Below, piece after piece: positions 40,143-49,326 of a stretch of DNA of 64,000 bases. How positions within the stretch are numbered: the stretch's first letter is position 1; every line of letters begins with the position of its first letter. This DNA is from Polyangia bacterium (GTDB lineage Bacteria > Myxococcota_A > Polyangia > JAAYKL01). The DNA lies in assembly GCA_050287845.1 (NCBI GenBank), contig JBNKCR010000055.1:160001-224000 (forward strand), read 5' to 3'. The notes below the pieces were generated by a model, which was not told the origin of the DNA, did not search any database, and saw only the letters and a program-made list of their open reading frames with translations. The position numbers were made by a program, and so were the translations under genes.

Positions 40143-40984
40143 TTTCGAAAGAAAAAATACTGAAAAAAATAGATAGTCTGCCCACACTGCCCACAGCGGT
40201 TGCACAGCTTTCCCGACTGATTGCATCGCCAACGGCTTCGGCAAAAGATTTTGAAGCGGTTATCAAACCGGACCCGTCGCTGACGGCCAACTTGTTGCGC
40301 CTTGCCAACTCAGCGTACTTTGGGCTTCGGCGTGAAGTGACGTCCGTGAAGCAGGCCATCACATTGCTTGGAAATAAACGGGTGTTTGAGATTTCCGCCA
40401 GCGCGGGATTCTCAAAAATCATTCCAGCAAATTTGCCCGGGTATCGAATTCAATCAGCAGATTTCTGGCTGCACAGCATCGCCGTGGCAGTGCTTTCGGA
40501 AAAGCTGGCCGCCGAACTGCGGGTGAAGGCGCCCGGATTGCTTTTTACTGCAGGGCTGCTCCATGACCTTGGAAAACTGGCCATCGGTTCGTTTCTCGAA
40601 GAAGAGGAAAGCGCATTGCTGGATCGCCTTTCCAATGAAGACGTTGCGTTTTCAACCGCTGAAAAAGAACTGCTTGGCACCGATCATTGCGAAGTCGGCG
40701 CGGAGCTCGGCCAGCAGTGGGATTTGCCGGATACGGTGATTTGGACAGCTCGATGGCATCATCAACCCTCGGAAGCAGGAGATGTTGATAGTGTTCTTGT
40801 GGATCTGGTACATCTTGCGGATGCTATAGCGCATATGTTCGGATATGGGGCAGATGTGGGAGAATTATCACGTACCATTGATAAAGAGGTTGCATCCAGA
40901 TTGGGATTTGATGTCCATAGTATTGAAGTTGTGAGCAGTGAGACTGAATCACAGATTCGCGAAATGGGAGATATGTTCAAATGA
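40139..40984 (+). CDS. HDOD domain protein
   Basis: LPTLP, DPSLTANLLRLANSAYFG, FWLHS, AGLLHDLGK, WDLP...HH. Confidence 0.92.
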   Translation: MISKEKILKKIDSLPTLPTAVAQLSRLIASPTASAKDFEAVIKPDPSLTANLLRLANSAYFGLRREVTSVKQAITLLGNKRVFEISASAGFSKIIPANLPGYRIQSADFWLHSIAVAVLSEKLAAELRVKAPGLLFTAGLLHDLGKLAIGSFLEEEESALLDRLSNEDVAFSTAEKELLGTDHCEVGAELGQQWDLPDTVIWTARWHHQPSEAGDVDSVLVDLVHLADAIAHMFGYGADVGELSRTIDKEVASRLGFDVHSIEVVSSETESQIREMGDMFK

Positions 40985-41124
40985 ACAGCGCGGGAGAGGA
41001 TGAGGACTGATAGATACGGTGGATCCATCAACGAACCACGTGCTGCAACGACAGCTTGAAGACGTGCCACGGCTCTTCACCATCACTGAACCTCACTTCA
41101 TAAAAATCTCCGCCCAGACACAGC

Positions 41125-41160
41125 TGGCACACCCTTGCGCGTTTCAATTCATCATTTTTT
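41125..41160 (+). repeat. dispersed 36-bp repeat, copy 1
   Basis: TGGCACACCCTTGCGCGTTTCAATTCATCATTTTTT; 35/36 identical to the reverse complement of 60538-60573. Confidence 0.85.
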
Positions 41161-41216
41161 TGCAAAGTTAGGCTTTGTCTCAAAAGGGTAATTGAACCTT
41201 TCGATCTTTTGTTTTT

Positions 41217-41294
41217 GCCCCAGAGGGGCCCAGACATAATAACTTAGCGCTTATGGGGCTGCCCGGGGCTGATATGCCTGGGCCCCTTCGGGGC
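41217..41294. repeat. REP-like inverted repeat
   Basis: GCCCCAGAGGGGCCCAGACATA ... TATGCCTGGGCCCCTTCGGGGC (19/22 arms), each arm itself a short GCCCC..GGGGC hairpin. Confidence 0.65.
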
Positions 41295-41463
41295 GGCTTA
41301 TACCAAAAGAACTTTTGAGCGTTAACTCTGAATTGGTCTTGATTTTGTATAGCATGGCGCTATGTTATTGTGGTTGACGTCTGATGCGCCTGTGCACCTT
41401 CCAAGCCTGGTTTCACTTGAAATACATTGTCCGTTACATTGATCGTCAATCGAATTTTATGAA

Positions 41464-43953
41464 ATGGGGTCGACCATGTTAGAGACCGGTCCGCACGGCA
41501 CCTGTTGTCAAATGAAGGCATGTCCATCTGCTTTATTTTCCTTCGACCGCCAGAGTCGCGTCCTTACCTGGGGGCCTGACGCCGAACGTCTATTTGGCTG
41601 GACAGCGACAGAGGCGATTGGGAAGGTGCTGCCGATTGTTCCCGACGAGGAATTCGAAAATCATTCTCAAATTCGCAGCAGAATTCTGTCCGGGGAGTAT
41701 GTTTCAGAACTGATGGTGGAACGGCGTCAGAAAAGCGGCAATAAAGCGACTTTTATTATTGCGCTGCATCCGCTGAAGGACGACTGCGGCACCACAATTG
41801 GCGTTATCGAAATGGCCCGCGAAATTTCGCTGCAACAGACCATCGAACGGGAGCAGGAACTTGCTGTGAAGTTTTTTGACCAGGTCAACCGCAGCCATTC
41901 TACCCGTGAGCTGGTGTCTCACGCAGTTCGTTTTTTTCGCAGAGAGCTGGATTTTGAAGCGGTGGGCATCCGGCTTGAAGACGGGGATGATTATCCCTAC
42001 TACGAAACCCATGGTTTCCCCGGGGAATTTGTCCTGATGGAAAATTATCTGTGCCGGCGTGATGTAAACGGGGACCCCATTTATGACAAGGACTGTCATC
42101 CCGCACTCTCCTGCATGTGCGGCAACGTGATTCGCGGACGATTTGCCCCGGATAAGCCTTTCTTTACCGAAAATGGCAACTTCTGGTCAAACAACACCAC
42201 CCGTCTGCTGCAAACCACCAGCAATGCGGATCGGATGGCTCACACCCGAAATCGATGCAACGGCGAAGGCTATGAGTCGGTTGGGTTGTTCGCACTGCGA
42301 ACCGGAGAAAAGTGTCTGGGACTTCTGCAGTTGAATGATCATCGCCCAGATCGATTTTCAGTGCGGAGCATCGCCCTGTATGAGCGCTTGGCAGCGCATC
42401 TGGCCGTTGCACTGGCGAAAGCGCAGGTTGATGAGGCGCTGGCACGGTCCGAGTTTCAGTTTCGCCAGCTGGTGGCAAATCTTGATGATGTAGTCTATTC
42501 CACAGATATTGATGGAAATATTCTTTTTGTCAGTGCGGCTATCGAATCGATGCTGGGATTTTCATCGGAAAAATTGACTGGCGAATCATTTTTGTCGCTG
42601 GTCTATCCGGAAGACAGGGACAAGGTCCAGGACGCGCTGGTGCAGATCCGCAGCCAAATGAAAAGCCACTTTGAGTTTCGCACCATCGATAAAAATGGAC
42701 AGTTGCGTCATTTGCGATCAAATGCACGCATTCGCCTGAAAGACGGCACACAGGTCGGGATGGACGGTATTATAGTCGACATGACGGATTACCGCCGCAT
42801 CGAGGAACAGCTCTCTCAGTCACGGCGTCTTGAAGCAGTGGGACAGCTGGCGGGGGGCATTGCGCACGACTTCAATAATCTGTTGTCAGTGATTCTGAAC
42901 TACGCGGACTTTGCATTGGAGGCGCTGCCGGACAGCACCCCTGCACGTGCACAAATATCCGAAATTCAGCACGCTGGCGAGCGCGCCGCAGCGCTCACAG
43001 GGCAGTTGCTGGCATTCAGTCGCAGACAGATACTCAAGCCCAGAGTAATGAATATCAACGAAAGCATTCACTCCGTTGAACGGATACTGGCCCGACTGAT
43101 TGGTGAAGATATTGACCTCATTACGCCTCTGGATGAATCATTGGGAAAAGTCTTCGCGGATGCCTCCCAGGTGGAACAGATTTTAATGAATTTAAGCATT
43201 AATGCCCGCGATGCGATGCCCCGGGGCGGTAGGTTGACGATTCAGACGACGACCGCTTCCACTGCCGATATTTCCGAATGCCAGAAGTTGAATATTCCTG
43301 CAGATCGAAATTACATATGCCTTTCAGTGGCCGATACAGGGTCCGGCATGGACGCACAGACGCAAGAACATATATTTGAACCGTTTTTCACTACCAAGGA
43401 AGAGGGGAAAGGCACCGGACTGGGGCTGGCGACTGTCTACGGCATTGTGAAGCAAAACAATGGCTTTATCGAAGTGGATAGCGCCCCGGGCAAGGGGACA
43501 GTCTTTTCTATTTATCTGCCCGAAACAGACTTGTCAGATGCTGATCGGCCGTCAGACGGTGCGGCAGATGAAAGAAGGCTGGGCCATGAAACAATTCTTC
43601 TGGTGGAGGACGAAAAGGTTGTCCAGACGCTGGTCGCCGCTATGCTCAGCAAATCCGGATACAACATTATCACCGCATCGAATGGTGTGGAGGCGTTCGA
43701 GCTGCTTAACGATGACCAGCACAAGAAAATTGACCTGTTATTGACGGATGTTGTCATGCCCCGGATGGGAGGGCCGGAGCTCGCAGAGGAATTGAAGAAG
43801 TTGCGCCCGCAAATTAAAACCCTGTTCATGTCCGGCTACACAGACAACGCTATTATTCATCGCGGTGTTTCCAGCAATGATGTCGATTTTATCGCAAAAC
43901 CATTCAGGGCCAATGAACTGACAAACAAAATACGCGAAATTCTCGATACATGA
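41464..43953 (+). CDS. hybrid histidine kinase PAS-GAF(Cys-rich)-PAS-HisKA-HATPase-REC
   Basis: GGIAHDFNNLL, NARDAM, DTGSGM, FEPFFTTK, GTGLGL, REC LLTDVVMP. Confidence 0.95.
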   Translation: MGSTMLETGPHGTCCQMKACPSALFSFDRQSRVLTWGPDAERLFGWTATEAIGKVLPIVPDEEFENHSQIRSRILSGEYVSELMVERRQKSGNKATFIIALHPLKDDCGTTIGVIEMAREISLQQTIEREQELAVKFFDQVNRSHSTRELVSHAVRFFRRELDFEAVGIRLEDGDDYPYYETHGFPGEFVLMENYLCRRDVNGDPIYDKDCHPALSCMCGNVIRGRFAPDKPFFTENGNFWSNNTTRLLQTTSNADRMAHTRNRCNGEGYESVGLFALRTGEKCLGLLQLNDHRPDRFSVRSIALYERLAAHLAVALAKAQVDEALARSEFQFRQLVANLDDVVYSTDIDGNILFVSAAIESMLGFSSEKLTGESFLSLVYPEDRDKVQDALVQIRSQMKSHFEFRTIDKNGQLRHLRSNARIRLKDGTQVGMDGIIVDMTDYRRIEEQLSQSRRLEAVGQLAGGIAHDFNNLLSVILNYADFALEALPDSTPARAQISEIQHAGERAAALTGQLLAFSRRQILKPRVMNINESIHSVERILARLIGEDIDLITPLDESLGKVFADASQVEQILMNLSINARDAMPRGGRLTIQTTTASTADISECQKLNIPADRNYICLSVADTGSGMDAQTQEHIFEPFFTTKEEGKGTGLGLATVYGIVKQNNGFIEVDSAPGKGTVFSIYLPETDLSDADRPSDGAADERRLGHETILLVEDEKVVQTLVAAMLSKSGYNIITASNGVEAFELLNDDQHKKIDLLLTDVVMPRMGGPELAEELKKLRPQIKTLFMSGYTDNAIIHRGVSSNDVDFIAKPFRANELTNKIREILDT

Positions 43954-44018
43954 GTCGTTGCAGGACTCGCGCAATCGCTTCTGCGCTCTGATTTTTACCT
44001 GACATGCGACCATTCCTC

Positions 44019-44252
44019 TCATCCCGTTACCGGGAATCCGCTAATGGTTGCGTCTGACCCCGGGGGCAAATAAATGGTGAATGTTGCCCCTTTTCCAGGC
44101 GTGGACGCGACGTCGATTTTTCCTGAATGCGTTTCCACTATCGTTGTATACGCCATGGAGAGTCCCTGACCGGTGCTTTTACCCACCTCTCTGGTTGTGA
44201 AGAACGGATCAAACACTCTATCAATGATTTTGGGGATTCCCGATATTTCCAA
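44019..44252 (-). pseudogene. C-terminal fragment of a histidine kinase ATPase domain
   Basis: Only [24 protein letters not shown]...[11 protein letters not shown] is present; no H/N boxes upstream. Confidence 0.8.
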
Positions 44253-44309
44253 TTGTGAAAATATCAGTTATTCTGTTTTCCATAAAGTATACACAAGCCA
44301 GGGGATGAT

Positions 44310-44990
44310 ATGAGCGATACAACAAAGAACCTGTTATGCGGAAAATTAAGTTGTTGGGCAATGATTGTGACACTGCTTCTGTCGGGGGCGTTCCTTTCCA
44401 GCTGCGACTCCGATACCGGGAGTTTTGGTGGTGGGAATAATCCGGATACAACACGCGGCATTGATTTTGATGTGCCCGCCTGTATGGCCACTTTTACCGA
44501 AACGTACGAGGCGACAGATTCCTGGGATGACGTTGTCTATACTATTAAAAAAGGAGAAAAATTGATTCTCGCGGCAATCGATCCCGTGTCGAATGAAGCG
44601 ATGGTGTATTATCTGAGCGAGGCAGGCCCCTTTGAGTTTAAGATTGCTCAGAACGACGCGGGTGCGTATCCCTTTGAAACCGATTGTGACGAGAATAGCA
44701 TCCAGCGTTGTATGGGCGTGTTTGCCGATACAACGATTTATGCAGATCAAGAACTGAATACCGAACTTTGTACCGTAGACGCCGGGAAATCAGTTGCCTC
44801 ATCCAGCTATGGGTTTTCATTGGTGGATGATCTGGCAAACGGGGATTCTATTTATGAGCTGACCTACAATGCGATTGTGGAAGAATGCGGCGCTTCAACA
44901 GGCTATATTCTTGTCCCGGAGGCTGAAATCTTTCCGAATCTGACTTCCTGGCTGATTCCGCTCCGAACCTATCTGTGTGAAAATGAATAA
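44310..44990 (+). CDS. hypothetical acidic lipoprotein
   Basis: Hydrophobic signal ending LSSC; Asp/Glu-rich mature part. Confidence 0.75.
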   Translation: MSDTTKNLLCGKLSCWAMIVTLLLSGAFLSSCDSDTGSFGGGNNPDTTRGIDFDVPACMATFTETYEATDSWDDVVYTIKKGEKLILAAIDPVSNEAMVYYLSEAGPFEFKIAQNDAGAYPFETDCDENSIQRCMGVFADTTIYADQELNTELCTVDAGKSVASSSYGFSLVDDLANGDSIYELTYNAIVEECGASTGYILVPEAEIFPNLTSWLIPLRTYLCENE

Positions 44991-45070
44991 AATCACTCAT
45001 CGAAGGGGGAGGGACGCTGCACAATTCGCGTGGCAGGATCAATCATCCGGGAAGCTCACCCGGATTTCGT

Positions 45071-47335
45071 TCAGGTGGATGTGCCTGGTCGCAGCACCTG
45101 TTCCAGCGCGGCTTTCAGATCCGTTCTTCGATAGGGTTTGTGAAGGAATGCCTCTGGAGGATGTTCCTGCGCTGCGTCCATTGCATGAGATTCGATGTGA
45201 CCACTGGCCAGAATCACGGGAATGTCGGGACGGATATTGCGTATGGCAGTCATGGTTTCAATGCCATTTATTTTCGGCATGGAAAGGTCGCACAGCACCA
45301 CATCAATTTCGGCAACGTGTTGTTTGAAAATCTCCATCGCCGCCTCTCCATCGCCCGCAGAAAATACCCGGTATCCCATTCGATGGAGCATGGTTTCCGC
45401 CATTTCTCGAACAGACGGCTCATCTTCCACAAACAGTACGGTTTTTATCGTCTGAAGTTCTGTGACAGCTGAAGGTTCGGTCAAAGCGGTGGGAGTGAGG
45501 GCGGCGACTGATACAGTATGACTGCTCTGTTCACAGGTGGGAAAGAGAACTCGGAATATCGAACCGACGCCCAGGACGCTTTCCACTGCGACAGCGCCAT
45601 CGTGTGCGCGAACAATGCCGAGTACAGCCGCCAATCCCAGTCCTCGTCCAGTGAAACGACTCGAATAAAAAGGGTCGAAGAGAATTGGAAAATCCGTTGT
45701 TGAGATCCCCCCTCCTGTGTCTGCAACCTCCAGCAGTGCATAGGATGGAGCGGTCGGCTTCCAGTTGATGGGAAACCGATTTTCAACTGGAACATCAACC
45801 GCGGCGACCTCTCTGATGGATATGGTGACTCTGCCCTGATGTGTTCCCACTGCTTCAAAGGCGTTGGTTGCAAGGTTGGTGAGTATCTGTTGAATCTGAT
45901 TCATATCCGCACGGACGGTTGGGTTTGAGGTAGTGGGTGTCAGTGTCAGTTCGATGCCCTTCGGTGCGATTGTCCGCAGCAGTGGCTGGCTGGCGTGCAC
46001 AATGTCCGACAATTTATGGGGAGTGTGACTGCGCGCAGTCTGACCAAGATACGTGAGCATCTGTCCACTGATTTCGGCAGCGCTTGTTGCGGCCATCATG
46101 GCAGACGCCAGTCTTGGATGAGCAGGCGCGTCGATGGGAATATCTTCGATGGCAAGCTCCAGATTCCCAAGTACTGCGCCCAATTTGTTGTTGAAGTGAT
46201 GGGCAATAGCGCCCGCCATTCGGTGCAGACTTTCATTTTTTTGAAGCTGCAGATTGATTTTCTCGAGTTTTGCTTCCACTTTCAACTGGTCTGCCAGCTG
46301 TCGCGCTTTATGCCTGGTGACCAGAAGGGAGTGAATCATTCCAAACAACAGCACGCTGATGAGCACGCCGCTCAATGCCACGCTCAGTACATTTAAATAA
46401 CCGGCATGCTGACATGGACTTGAGAAACGCAAAAACCAGGTATGTCCATTGAAATTCAATCTGCTCATAAGTGTTTGCATGGACGAATCATCGATGGCGG
46501 CCGACGTTGCAGTGTAACTGTCGTACAACAGGGATTCCTTTCGAAGACTGGGTTCATCGAATATCTCCAGTCGAATACCGGCGTGAATATCTATCTCTCG
46601 TTTCCTCAATATCCCGTTCATGAGGTCTTTCATTCGATAGGGACTGTACACCCATCCCCGCAGCGCTGCGCGACGATGTGCAACTGTGTCCAATTTTGCA
46701 CGTTCTTTATATACGGGGACGTACATCAGCGTGCCGGCCTGAATATCCGTATGGGTCTCCTGGAGCAGAGTCACACGACCGGAAAGTGCTGCAACATCGT
46801 AGTCTCGCGCCTGCACCATGGCCTTTCGCCGTACAGGCTCGGAGTACATGTCATAGCCGAAGGCTCGGCGGTTTCGCATGTTGAAAGGTTCGAGAAACTC
46901 AATGGCTGTGTAAATTGGACGCGATCCTTCCGGAGTTACTCTGTAGTCGGGAAATCCCTCCGCTCGCACCTTTTGAATATGGGATTTCAGGTCGTCCGGA
47001 TGGATGAACCTTGCGAAACCGATGCCTTGAATGCCCGGGAGATACTGTTCCACTTTCTGGTGCATGGTGTAGATGTTCCATTCGCGCCGGGTAACCTCGT
47101 TTGATGCCTGAAACACTGCTGCACCACTGCGTAGAATCTGGGCGTGGGCTTGCATGCGGGCATCAATTCGAAGTTTGATTTCGTCGGAAGCGAATTCAAA
47201 CGCATTGCGTGCATCGGTTTCCGCAACCTTCCACGCATAAATAGAAGCTCCGGCTGTCGCCAGGAGGCTGACCGCAGACAATACCCATGCGGGCAGATTT
47301 CGTCGAAACGAAAAGCGTTGTCCAGGCTTTCCCAT
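45071..47335 (-). CDS. CHASE-domain hybrid histidine kinase
   Basis: TM-CHASE (LPGIQGIGF, LEPF..RNRRAFGYDMYSEPVRR)-TM, AGAIAHHFNN, DTGGGI, GRGLGL, REC CDLSMP. Confidence 0.93.
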   Translation of the reverse strand: MGKPGQRFSFRRNLPAWVLSAVSLLATAGASIYAWKVAETDARNAFEFASDEIKLRIDARMQAHAQILRSGAAVFQASNEVTRREWNIYTMHQKVEQYLPGIQGIGFARFIHPDDLKSHIQKVRAEGFPDYRVTPEGSRPIYTAIEFLEPFNMRNRRAFGYDMYSEPVRRKAMVQARDYDVAALSGRVTLLQETHTDIQAGTLMYVPVYKERAKLDTVAHRRAALRGWVYSPYRMKDLMNGILRKREIDIHAGIRLEIFDEPSLRKESLLYDSYTATSAAIDDSSMQTLMSRLNFNGHTWFLRFSSPCQHAGYLNVLSVALSGVLISVLLFGMIHSLLVTRHKARQLADQLKVEAKLEKINLQLQKNESLHRMAGAIAHHFNNKLGAVLGNLELAIEDIPIDAPAHPRLASAMMAATSAAEISGQMLTYLGQTARSHTPHKLSDIVHASQPLLRTIAPKGIELTLTPTTSNPTVRADMNQIQQILTNLATNAFEAVGTHQGRVTISIREVAAVDVPVENRFPINWKPTAPSYALLEVADTGGGISTTDFPILFDPFYSSRFTGRGLGLAAVLGIVRAHDGAVAVESVLGVGSIFRVLFPTCEQSSHTVSVAALTPTALTEPSAVTELQTIKTVLFVEDEPSVREMAETMLHRMGYRVFSAGDGEAAMEIFKQHVAEIDVVLCDLSMPKINGIETMTAIRNIRPDIPVILASGHIESHAMDAAQEHPPEAFLHKPYRRTDLKAALEQVLRPGTST

Positions 47336-47515
47336 ACGGTAATCGTGTTCCGTGATCTGTTATAGGTCAAATTGATGGTTGAAAATATGCGATTCCCGGC
47401 CACCGGCGGGAATTTTGTGGACAAGGATGGTGGGAACGGGATAATATGGCGTATTCTTTGCGGTGATTTTCTGCCGCGCAATTCACTGAAATGTATTCAG
47501 ATGTTGGGGAAAGTG

Positions 47516-47541
47516 AAAAAGTCCACCCGGGTGGACTTTTT
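47516..47541. terminator. perfect palindrome, terminator-like or operator
   Basis: AAAAAGTCCACCCGGGTGGACTTTTT is self-complementary with T-tails on both strands, 80 bp after the SDR stop. Confidence 0.6.
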
Positions 47542-47621
47542 AGTTTATGTGGTTAAATGTAGTTCTTTTGACTACATTATCAGGGCCGTTTTTTAACGTG
47601 CACGATGAGTAAACGCGTTGT

Positions 47622-48392
47622 TCAGATACCTGCGGGTGCGTTACCGCCGTTGACCGGGATGAAGGCGCCGGTGATGAAGCTGGCGAGATCGGAGGCGAGA
47701 AAGGCGACCACGTTGGCGATTTCCTCAGGTGTGCCCCGTCTGCGGAGGGGAACTCCGGTGGCGTATGCCTGGTGCACTGCCTCATCCTGTGGGCGATCCC
47801 GGAACCCTTCAATCCAGCCCGGAGCCACCTGATTGACTGTGACGCCGGAAGGACCGACTTCTCTGGCGAGGACCTGCAATACTCCATCCATGCCTTTTTT
47901 GCCGGAAGCATACGCCGACTGCTTCTGGTTAGGGAGCAGGGACACTTCGGTGTTGATGCCGATGAATCGGCCCCATCCCGTGGAAATCATGTGGGGTACA
48001 AACACTTTGGCGGCGAGGACGTTGTGCAGCACACAGCTGTGAAACTGATTGGTGTAATCGCGAATATCCTCTTCGAGAACGGATTTCCACGGGTAAATCT
48101 GGGATACGGCGTTGGTGACCACGATGTTCGGGAGCGAAAGTTGGCTGGCCATGGTGTCCCGGATGGACATCATGTCGTTGAGTTGCCCCACATCGCCCTG
48201 AACAATACAGCCGTTCACTCCCATCGCCCGAATGTCGGCCAGCAGGGTTTCGGCCTGTTTACGATTGTGTCGGCAGTGAATGCCCACATCGGCGCCGCAG
48301 GCAGCGAAGGTTCGCACCATGTCGCGGCCCAGTTGCCCGGTGGCGCCAGTGACCAGCGCGGTTTTGCCGGAAAGCTGGATGGAAAGAGACAT
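47622..48392 (-). CDS. SDR family oxidoreductase
   Basis: ALVTGATGQLG, YASGK (YxxxK), VNQVAPG, FITGAFIPVNGG. Confidence 0.92.
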   Translation of the reverse strand: MSLSIQLSGKTALVTGATGQLGRDMVRTFAACGADVGIHCRHNRKQAETLLADIRAMGVNGCIVQGDVGQLNDMMSIRDTMASQLSLPNIVVTNAVSQIYPWKSVLEEDIRDYTNQFHSCVLHNVLAAKVFVPHMISTGWGRFIGINTEVSLLPNQKQSAYASGKKGMDGVLQVLAREVGPSGVTVNQVAPGWIEGFRDRPQDEAVHQAYATGVPLRRRGTPEEIANVVAFLASDLASFITGAFIPVNGGNAPAGI

Positions 48393-48399
48393 GAAAGAC

Positions 48400-49155
48400 T
48401 CAATCTCCGTCGTGGCAGTTCTTTACGGCAATTTTTACGGTATTGCCGCTGGGATCCACCTCTTTAACGCCCAGGGATACCCGGTTGTCACGGTTGAGGG
48501 CCTGCCAGTACCCATTGAGAATGTCTTCGGCGGTGCCGGCCATGGGCATCAGCAGGGGCATGCGGTTGAACGGGGGCAGGGGATCGCCGTCGCCCATGTA
48601 GGTGGTGAGGCAATACCCGAACCCGGCCTGCGGGGGGGCCGGTGAAAAGGTGCTGCGATCGGTTTCTGCCGGATTGGCCGGGTTGGCGGAGAGCACACTC
48701 ATTTTCAGTTCGGGCGCCTTGCCGGTACAGTCAATCATTGCGGAGATTCTGGGCGTGTAGTTGGGGGCATCGGGTTCTCTTTCGCGGGTGCGCAGCGCTT
48801 TTACGAAGCAGTCCCCCTGTTTCAGAAAGTCGTAAATGGTTCTGGTCTGGTCACCGTTGCTGACCAGTTGCACCCCATCGAGGGCCAACATGGCATCGTA
48901 AATAATCAGGCTGGGGTCGGTAACTTTGCTTTCGTCTACCGGTTCGGTCCAGAGGCGATCGCCTTCAAATTTGAATCGGCGGTTCCGGCTATTCACACTG
49001 CGCCCCATGATAAAGTAGGCAATGACCCAGTTCTCGCTGTTTTCCAGACGGCCAACAACGATTCCGCGACCGGGGTAGGGGTTGTGCTGGATGTGCGAAC
49101 TGAAATTCTGTGTGGCGACTTCTTTTGCGCTCATTTTGTTCTCCTTAATATTCAT
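48400..49155 (-). CDS. IMP cyclohydrolase (PurO-like stand-alone)
   Basis: YPGRGI, YFIMGRSVNSRNR, DPSLIIY, NGDQT, EPDAPNYTPRIS, TTYMGDGDPLP; start may be the second Met. Confidence 0.85.
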   Translation of the reverse strand: MNIKENKMSAKEVATQNFSSHIQHNPYPGRGIVVGRLENSENWVIAYFIMGRSVNSRNRRFKFEGDRLWTEPVDESKVTDPSLIIYDAMLALDGVQLVSNGDQTRTIYDFLKQGDCFVKALRTREREPDAPNYTPRISAMIDCTGKAPELKMSVLSANPANPAETDRSTFSPAPPQAGFGYCLTTYMGDGDPLPPFNRMPLLMPMAGTAEDILNGYWQALNRDNRVSLGVKEVDPSGNTVKIAVKNCHDGD

Positions 49156-49326
49156 GTGAACCGAATCGGCTGTATTGAGACTGGACAGATGTATGCGAAT
49201 TCGCCGGATTATTCAAGGAAGAGTTGTTCCGTCGACAGGGCGGGAACAGATTTTTCGTCTGCAATAAATTCAATAACTTACGTAACCGGGGAGTTTGACA
49301 TTTGCTCTGAAACAGTGCCGTCCGGG

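Noticed and set aside
41125..41138. TGGCAC-N4-TTGC as a sigma54 promoter (also at 60560-60573)
   Set aside because: GG-to-GC spacing is 9 rather than the strict 10; it is part of a dispersed repeat.
41030..41173. GTTAGGC as an integron attC core site
   Set aside because: No complementary RYYYAAC or L boxes at a suitable distance, and no integrase or cassette array.
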